From NCBI GenBank assembly GCA_951406725.2, contig OX597840.1, forward strand, positions 39,742,001-39,806,000: a stretch of DNA of 64,000 nt, written 5' to 3'. Numbering within the stretch: position 1 is the first letter of the stretch; each line of letters begins with the position of its first letter. The translations under genes were made by a program, and so were the position numbers. Positions 54,890 through 64,000 of the stretch are shown here, one piece after another. The notes under the pieces were generated by a model. It saw only the letters and a list, made by a program, of their open reading frames with translations, was not told where the DNA came from and did not search any database. This DNA comes from Octopus vulgaris. Lineage: Eukaryota.

Positions 54890-55273
54890 TTTCTTCTTCT
54901 TCTTCTTCTTCTTCTTCTTCTTCTTCTTCTTCTTCTTCTTCTTCTTCTTCTTCTTCTTCTTCTTCTTCTTCTTCTTCTCTTTCTCATTCTTCTTCTTCTT
55001 CTTCTTCTTCTTCTCCTTCTTCTCCTTCTTCTCCTTCTCCTTCTTCTTCTCCTCCTTCTTCTTCTTCCTCCTCTTAGCCTCCTTCTTTTTCTTCTTCTTC
55101 TTCTTCTTCTTCTTCTTCTTCTTCTTCTCCTTCTTCTCCTCCTTCTCCTTCTTCTTCTTCTCCTCCTTCTTCTTTTTCTTCTTCCTTTTTTTCTTCTTCT
55201 TCCTCTTCTACTTCTTCCTCCTCTTTTTCCCCTCCTTCTTCTTCCTCTTCTTCTTCTTTTTATTATTATTATG

Positions 55274-55332
<59 letters not shown>

Positions 55333-55767
55333 CATTATTGTTGTTGGTGTTGCTGTTGTTGTTATCGGTTGCCATTGACATCGTATGAATTCTTTATGAA
55401 TTCCTTCTTATATTTATACAGTTATTACCATTGTAATTCTTGATGTGAGAGTTTGATTTTCCTGTTTAATATCGTTGCCATGGCAGTTGATGGTTTCAGA
55501 GTTACTACAACAACAACAACCACAACAAAAACAATAATAATAGTAATAATAATAATAATAACAACAACAACAATGATAATAATAATAGTAATAATAATAA
55601 TAACAACAACAACAACAATGATAATAATAGTAATAATAATAATAATAACAACAACAACAATGATAATAATAATAATAAGAAGAAGAAGAAGAAGAATAAC
55701 AATAACAATGATAATAATAATAATAATAATAATAATGATAATAATAACAACAACAACAACAATGATG

Positions 55768-55807
<40 letters not shown>

Positions 55808-55820
55808 CAACAATGATAAA

Positions 55821-55894
<74 letters not shown>

Positions 55895-55920
55895 TAAAAA
55901 TAATAATAATAATAATAGTC
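54890..55920. repeat. (CTT)n/(CTC)n, (TTA)n and (ATA/ACA)n microsatellite complex
   Basis: Read directly. Confidence 0.95.
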
Positions 55921-56798
55921 GTCTCTGTTGCTGTAGTTGTTGTTGCTGTTGTTCTGGCTGATGTTGTTCCTATTTTTAATGTTGTAGTTCTATATATATA
56001 TATATATATACATTTCTCCTTTTTTTTTTCTTTCTCTCTCTCTATAAAAGCTACTACTGTTAAAAATTCGTATCTGTTTTTCTTAATAATTTACTCGTGT
56101 TTTTCAACTACTTCGCTTCAGGTAATCTTCCTTGTGTTATCTTACTTCGCTAATACAATGGTCTGTTTCTTTTATATTTCTTCCCGTTGTTAACGCTACC
56201 ACTACTACTACTAATACTAATACTAATACGACTGCTACTAGTTGTCCTTTTTTTTATTCGTCTTGTATTTTTCTATCTTTTATTACAATTCATATTATTT
56301 GTGCATTTTCGCAACGTACTGTTATGTGTTCCATTGTGTTTATTCCCGTATATTGTTTTTCGCATTTAGTTACGTCTTATAGCCTCAATCAGTTTCCAAC
56401 TTTCACTTTCGTTTCTGCTTTAGTTTCCTATAAACGCACGCTCGTCAATGAAACGACAAAATGGTGGAGTGCGTTATAAATTCACGGCATTTTCCTTCCA
56501 TTTGATATACGTGGTTGGTTTCTGTTCTTTAATGTGGGTGTTTGTTTGTACTTACGTTCCTGAATAATTTATCGTTATTTCATATGTGTACAAATGTCTA
56601 TTTGTGCGGATATGTGTGTATATACATGAATGCGGATGCACGTGCATACGTGCAGAAAAAACCACCTGCCCTGCGATTTCACACACGCACACACAGAGTC
56701 ATACACTCATACACACACATATATATATACATATATTTATATACATATATATACATATGTACGTAAATGCATTTATATATATAGAAGCATAGATGGAA

Positions 56799-56884
<86 letters not shown>

Positions 56885-56960
56885 GGATAGATAGATAGGT
56901 GTATAATATTGTGTGGGCATACACACTCATACAGGAACACACATGTCAATAATACATACA

Positions 56961-57034
<74 letters not shown>

Positions 57035-57102
57035 TGTAGCATACCCACAGTCTCAAGGCTGAAATATGTAAAAGAATATAGATATATATATATATACACA
57101 TA

Positions 57103-57138
<36 letters not shown>

Positions 57139-58154
57139 TTGACATGCGTACATATATACAGACTATATACACCTTTGTGTATACTTACATATATAGATAT
57201 CTAAACACACACACACACATAATCGCACGCTCACACACAAGCACGCACATGCGAATATATCTATATACACCTGTAGGTTTCTGTGAACATATGTATTACA
57301 TTATATATGCACACATTATATACACAGAACCACATATTGACATACACGAACACATATTTATTTCTATATTCATTTCTTTATATCGCAGTGTGTTTTCGTC
57401 CGCGCTTGAACCTACAGAAACCCTTTGTGAGTGAGGTTTTTTGAGATCAATGTGTTCCTTCATTTTTCGTAAGACACCTCCAGTATAATTGCACGAAAAT
57501 TATACAGTTGTACAAGACTACCACAGAGTCTGTGCAGGAAGAAACAGAGGCGCCAGTGTTTAATTCTTATAAAGTTACATTTGAAAACAGAGAAACGCAA
57601 GAACTGAAACAAAAATAAACTTAAATTAAATACGAATAAACGGGAGATTATGTATGACCCTGAACAGAATCATGTTGCAAATATGTTAATTTTTCAAACT
57701 CCTGAAATATCAAACTGCGAGGAACCAAAACGACGAAATTTAGAGAGAAAATGTCTGACACGAATTTTATGTGTCGTAAACAACAGCCGAGATCATTAAA
57801 AAATAAAGAATGCTTTTTCTTTGAAATACCAGATGCTGGAAGGGAAGGAAAACACACACACACACGTAATGGTTGATGCGTGCATTCTTGTTGATGCTCT
57901 ACACACACACACACACACATATGTATATATATTGGTGTGTGTGTGTATGTATATTTATATGTGTGTGAGTGTGGTGCATGTGTATGTATGTCTGTGTGCA
58001 CGCGCACACGTGTATGTTTGTGTCCCTGTGTGTGCGTGTATATACATACATATATATATATATATAAATACAATCATTCATGCACATAAACGTATACACT
58101 CACACCTACACACATCCAGTATTATATACGTATATATCTATCCATCTATCTTTC

Positions 58155-58216
<62 letters not shown>

Positions 58217-58526
58217 TATATATATATATATATAGATATATCTACATATATATATACATGCCAATATACATACATATATACATATGTATATATATAAATA
58301 TATGTATTCACATATTCATATACGTGTAAGTACAAATATAAATATAGTCTATAACATATACACGCGTATATGTATACACTTATAAATACATTTACAAGCC
58401 CACAAATATATGTATAATGCATATATTTACAACGGATCGGTATGTATAAAAATTTGTATTATACATACAGACGCATATGTATGCACGTGTATAGTTTTGT
58501 ATGTTGACATATAAATATGTATATAT

Positions 58527-58609
<83 letters not shown>

Positions 58610-58676
58610 CATATACATATATATATATATATTATAAGTATATATTTATATACATATATTATACATATATATATAT

Positions 58677-58746
<70 letters not shown>

Positions 58747-59549
58747 TATTCATTGGTAAAGAGAGAGAGAAGGTGAAGGAAACGGAATGAGAGAAGAGAG
58801 AGCGCAAGAAGAGAAAAAAAGTGATCGAAACTAAACTGACATCCGTCACGCATAAAATGGAGTATCTAAAAATACAATTCGTGAATTGGATAAAAAACCA
58901 TTTTGTTTACTTAGTTAATCATTTATTTGTTTATTTATTTCGTTATTTTATTATTTTACATCCTGCGCATACAATTTTGGTTTTATTTTTTCGTTATTTG
59001 TGTATAATTTTTATCTTTGCCTATCTTACGTTTGTGTACTAACAGTACACATTAGATTAATATAAGAAAAGAAGTCTCATGTCGCTGCTTGCTTATTTTA
59101 TTGCCTAACTTGTATGGCATATATTTGAAGAAATTTCCAAGATCTCTTTTAATATTTTATCAAGTTTGCTTTTCTGTATTGTCTTTAATGCTATGAGATA
59201 TTATTTTTGCTGTCGTTGTTGTTTGAAATTCTATTTAGCGTTTGCTTCCTTGATTAAAACAAGGAAGACGAGGTGAAGAGCTAGAATCAATAAAATGCTC
59301 CGAAATAAAGAACAAGAAATGCCTCCTGGTATTATTTAGTTACGTCGTGCATTTCGGGATCTTGGATCAAATGCCACAGATGTCAGAATTTGGTGCTACA
59401 TCGCTTGCAGCGGAATGTCGGTTGATTATGTTTTGTCTTACATTCATTGGGTTGAGAGAGGGTTAATTCGTTCAACGCGTCCTGTTATCAAAGGGATTAG
59501 GTTCACTTTTTAAAAATGCATGATGTACACACACACACATACACCAAAG

Positions 59550-59609
<60 letters not shown>

Positions 59610-59996
59610 GTTCTTTTTCCTTCTTTTTGGCCTTCATTCTCTCCTGCCCTTTCTGTGTTCCTGTCTTTCTTCCCTTCTTTTGTCTTCCCTTTATTCTTCC
59701 TTTAACCAAGCCTCCAAAATTCCTCACACACATACATTGAAGACATGTAAACATAAATACACACACATATATATACATACAAATATATACACATACACAC
59801 AGGGATTCAAAATAATAATAAAACATTTTATTTCTCATTGAACTCAAGATTTTTACATCTACCTCACGTATATATAAAAGGCATGAATTTTCAGTCAAGA
59901 CATCTTTAATAATTCTACAAATCGATACAAAAACGCTGCATAAACAAAAATTCCAAAATTTGAATACCGCTTTTGTCTTAATACATAAAATCTGTA

Positions 59997-60900
59997 AGGC
60001 TGCGAGCTGGCAGAAACGTTAGCACGCCGGGCAGAATGCTTAACGGTATCTCGTTTGCAGTTACGTTCTGAGTTCAAATTCCGCCGAGGTCGACTTTGCC
60101 TTTCATCCTTTCGGGGTCGATTAAATAAGAACAAGTTACGCACTGGGGTCGATATAATCGACTTATCCGTTTGTCTGTCCTTGATTGTTCCCCTCTGTGT
60201 TTAGACCCTTGTGGGTAGTAAAGAAATAGATATATATGCCTGCCGTTACGTTCTGAGTTCAAATTCCGCCAAAAATGACTTTGTCTTTTATCCTTTCGGG
60301 GTCGATAAAATAAGTACCAGTTACGCACAGGTGTCGATATAATCGACTTAATCCGTTTGTCTGTACTTCGTATTTCGTCTGCCGCTACGTTCTGAGTTCA
60401 AATTCCGCCGAGGTCGACTTTGCCTTTCATCCTTTCGGGGTCAATAAACTGAATACCAGTTGCGTACTGGAGTCGATCTAAATGACTAGACCACTCCCCA
60501 AATTTCAGGCCTTGACCCTATAGTAGGAAATAATCTTAAAGGCGGTGAGCTGGCAGATACGTTAGTACGTTGGACGAAATGCTTAGAGGTATTTCGTCTG
60601 TCTTTACGTCCTGAGTTCAAATTCTGCCGAGGTCGCCTTTCCCTTTCATCCTTTCGCGGTCAATAAATTAAGTACCTGTTGCGTACTGAGGTCGATCTAA
60701 TTGACTGGACCCTTCTTCCCAAAAATTTCGGTCTTTGTGCCGAGAGTAGAAAAGAAGAATAAAATATATAATATCTTCCAACAAGCTATACATACTTCCC
60801 ACAACCTTTACACACAATTTGAACCCAGAACGTGAAGACGAACGAAATACCGCTGAGCAATTCACCCGGCTTGCTAGCAATTGTACCAGCTCTCTCACTT
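59997..60900. mobile_element. Multimeric SINE family B cluster (plus trimer to ~60530, monomer 60541-60750, minus remnant ~60815-60900)
   Basis: Repeated GTTCTGAGTTCAAATTCCGCCGAGGTCGACTTTGCCTTTCATCCTTTCGGGGTC. Confidence 0.85.
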
Positions 60901-61690
60901 AACTCCTTATTCTTCAACCCTAACAATGAGCGCCTCCTATAGGTTTATTCCGTCTGATCCTACTGTCATTCAGCATGTAATACTCGGTAATGAAATAACC
61001 GCTGCAGTACTTTCTGTCACATAACAGCTTTTATCTGCAATTAATTTACCATTATTCTCCATTACAAGGCACTAAGCTTCCCACAACACATCTTCTCCAA
61101 GAAACTTTCTTTAATCAGCATTAATATGCATTACTTGGCACCTGATTGACCCTTCGCTTTAATTAACTCTAATTCCAGCAGTGCAACGTATCTTGTGGTT
61201 TAATCTCCATTAAGACGTATTAACCTACACTAATAACCCATTAGTACGCAGTGCAACGACATTTATTGCAATACGGGTTGTACTCCGACATAATTAATAT
61301 TAATCCTCAATAATATCAACTGTTAATCTGATTTAACATTAACCTAACTATTTCTTCAACAAGTATGATTTTATTCGCATTAATATGGAGTCCATCTGAC
61401 AATATCGGATTAGCTTAAGTAGAGAGATTAAAGAAATAGCGTAACTGGGTTTACGTGTCTGTTGCTGTATTAGAGCAATCGTTTATTATTAATCTTTTTG
61501 GTATTTCCGTCTTTGAAATGTGGCCATGGTGGAGCAATCTCTTGTAAGGTTTCATAGAAGAAATTGGCCCAGTAAGTATTTTAAGCTTCGTATATATTCT
61601 ATAAGTTTCTTTTGCCGTACCGCCAAATTAACGGCACATGTATATGTATATGTATGTACACACACACACACATACACACACATATGTATG

Positions 61691-61744
<54 letters not shown>

Positions 61745-61894
61745 TGTAAGAAAGTAAAGTTGTAAGGTACTGCACGAGTGGAAATATATATCAAAGAAGG
61801 TTTTAAATTATTAGGAGTTCCATAAAACATGATTTTTATTGAACTCCTAATATTTTTTGTTAAATACTTTCTTAAATACATCCTTGTAAACTGT

Positions 61895-62088
61895 TTTTAA
61901 CATGTTCTTATTATTATTAGCATAGAATGCATATATGTATTTTAATACTTTTGTGACAACCAGTACTTAACACAGCAAAGCTTCTACAAAGCTTTACAAT
62001 TTACTTTTGACAATCTTTTTCTAAAAAAGTGAAACCGGTCAAGTAAATAAACATCTCTAAAATTGCATTTTCAATCCTTCTTTCATAT
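61895..62088 (+). mobile_element. HHR-bearing Penelope-like family D copy 2
   Basis: Homolog of 23072-23250; ends at the same point before a TA tract (..CCTTCTTTCAT). Confidence 0.7.
61999..62048 (+). ncRNA. Minimal hammerhead (U3-A8 core)
   Basis: ATTTACTT [TTGACAA] T-CTTTTT-cta-AAAAAG-T [GAAA] CCGG TC^ AAGTAAAT. 8-bp stem I, GUC site at 62038-62040. Confidence 0.8.
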
Positions 62089-62539
62089 GTATATATATAT
62101 GTATCTTTTCCCTTTGACCTGTTCATTGCTAATGCTCATCGTTCCTCTTCATTTTCACGTTGTAACACTGTGGCCATGATGGGGCACCGCCTTGACTAAC
62201 TTTTAGTCGAAAAAACCGTCCGTTGCAGTTATTTTTTGTAATCTTGAAAATTAATGCATCGCTCTATTTGGCCCAACATCTAAGCTACGGCGGCCGCGAA
62301 CTCACCACCACTGGTTGTTCAGCGATGATGGTAAACCTATTGAGCTATTTCTGAAAACATTCTACAAAAAACCTGAAAGCGTAGCCTGTGTTGTCTCTAT
62401 ATGGAAAGATGGTCGCTCGTCTGTTACTCATTGAAATATGAAAGAAATTGGAGCACGATGAGTACTTGAGGCACTTTATATACTGTATGCACCATTTTAT
62501 AGACTTAACACACAGCACTCATGAAATAAATATTCACTC

Positions 62540-63170
62540 TTTCAAATTTTTGAACTGGGCCAGCAATTTCGTTGGTGGAAGAAAGTCTATCATATTGATC
62601 ACTGTGCTCAACTGATATCTATCTACCATAAGCAAAAAGCCTTAAATTTGTGGGGAGGGGACAAATCGATTACACCGTCCTCAGGGTTTCACTGGTACTA
62701 AATCTATCGACCACGGCGGAATTTGAACTTAGAACATAGCAATGGGCAAAATACCTATTTTTTACTACCCACAAGGGGCTAAACACAGAGACGACAAACA
62801 AGGACAGACAAACGGATTAAGTCGATTACATCGACCCCAGTGCGTAACTGGTACTTAATTTATCGACCCCGAAAGGAAGAAAGGCAAAGTCAACCTCGGC
62901 GGAATTTGAACTCAGAACGTAACGGCAGACGAGAAACCTATTTCTTTATTACCCACAAGGGGCTAAACACAGACAGGACGAACAAGGACAGACAAAGGGA
63001 TTAAGTCGATCATATCGACCCCAGTGCGTAACTGTTCTTATTTAATCGACCCCGAAAGGATGAAAGGCAAAGCCGACTTCGGCGGAATTTGAACTCGGAA
63101 CGTAGCGGCAGACGAAATACGGCTAAGCATTTCTCCCGGCCTGCTAACGTTTCTGCCAGCTCGCCACCTT
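62540..63170 (-). mobile_element. Multimeric SINE family B
   Basis: Reverse complement of the 59997-type trimer; head ends ..CTGCCAGCTCGCCACC at ~63168. Confidence 0.85.
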
Positions 63171-63759
63171 ATAGACGGTAAACCGATAAGCATTTCCTCT
63201 CTCGTGCTAGGAATATTGCCTTAGTCCCTGAGTAAATATTACAAACCATTTAGTTCGAAACTCTACCTCCATTTTGGACTGTTACTTTACTTAATCTCAA
63301 AAGAATAAAATGCAGATGACAAGAGACGAGTTTAACGCAGAATTTAGACAAACGGAATGAATAACGCCGGGTTTTATTCCACACCCTCAACATCCTCGAA
63401 ATTCGGCACCTTCGAGAGAATTACAACCCAACATTAATTGGTACTAAATGTCATATTCTATCACTTTCTGCCAGTTCGCTGTTCAATTCGACCTTATTAC
63501 GTTATTACGTTAATTACCACATTATCCGCATACAGTCGGCTTCCATTGAAACGGCAGCTGCTACAAGGGAGATAATAAGTTCGACACAAAAACGAAGCGG
63601 ATTAGCATTTCGAATAAAGAAATGAAAGAATTTTCGAGAAACACATGCATTGAATTCAAATACTACGTTGCTTTTCGTCTTTTTTGTGTGTGTTTATTTC
63701 TTACGAAGTTTTTTTCTTTTAGTTTCTCATTCATAGTTTTCAACTTTTATCTTTTAATT

Positions 63760-64000
63760 GTTTCAGGAATTAGATTACGGCCATTGCTGAGGACCGGCTT
63801 GAAGAATTTTTAGTCGAAGGAATCGACCCCAGGGCTTACTTGTTTGTTTTGTTTGTCTGTTTTTTCTTTTTTTTTTGTTTATAATTTTTTGTCTTTTGTT
63901 CATACCTGGGACTTATTCTATCACCAAGTTTTGCCGAACCACTGTTACGAGGACGTAAAAACATTAAAACCCGTTGTCAAGGTGTGGCGGGAAGAAACAC
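63760..64000 (-). mobile_element. Diverged SINE family A tail (runs off the window)
   Basis: TTTTAGTCGA...ATCGACCCC.GG.CTTA ... TTTTGCCGAACC. Confidence 0.6.

Overview
AT-rich, gene-poor eukaryotic (animal) DNA dominated by (TA)n, (GATA)n, (CA)n and trinucleotide microsatellites. The SINE families look like those I recall from octopus genomes, so an octopod origin is my inference. I can support no intact host protein-coding exon, and nearly all ORF-track entries are microsatellite artefacts. Identifiable content: about 4 tRNA-derived SINE families (many copies, some multimeric, plus a 112-bp SINE-head tandem array), decayed mariner and DD37D transposases, RTE, CR1/L2-like and putative Tx1-type LINE remnants, two Helitron remnants and a MITE. 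The main discovery is a set of short non-coding islands sitting in (TA)n tracts that carry type I hammerhead ribozyme (HHR) motifs. There are about 10 recognisable motifs from about 7 otherwise dissimilar sequence families, with covarying stems, a compensatory U3-A8 core variant and (near-)palindromic stem III. Several lie in fold-back inverted repeats, including a ~1.25 kb near-perfect palindrome. This matches Penelope-like element pseudo-LTRs or retrozyme-like non-autonomous elements. All folds were assigned by eye, and activity is untested.
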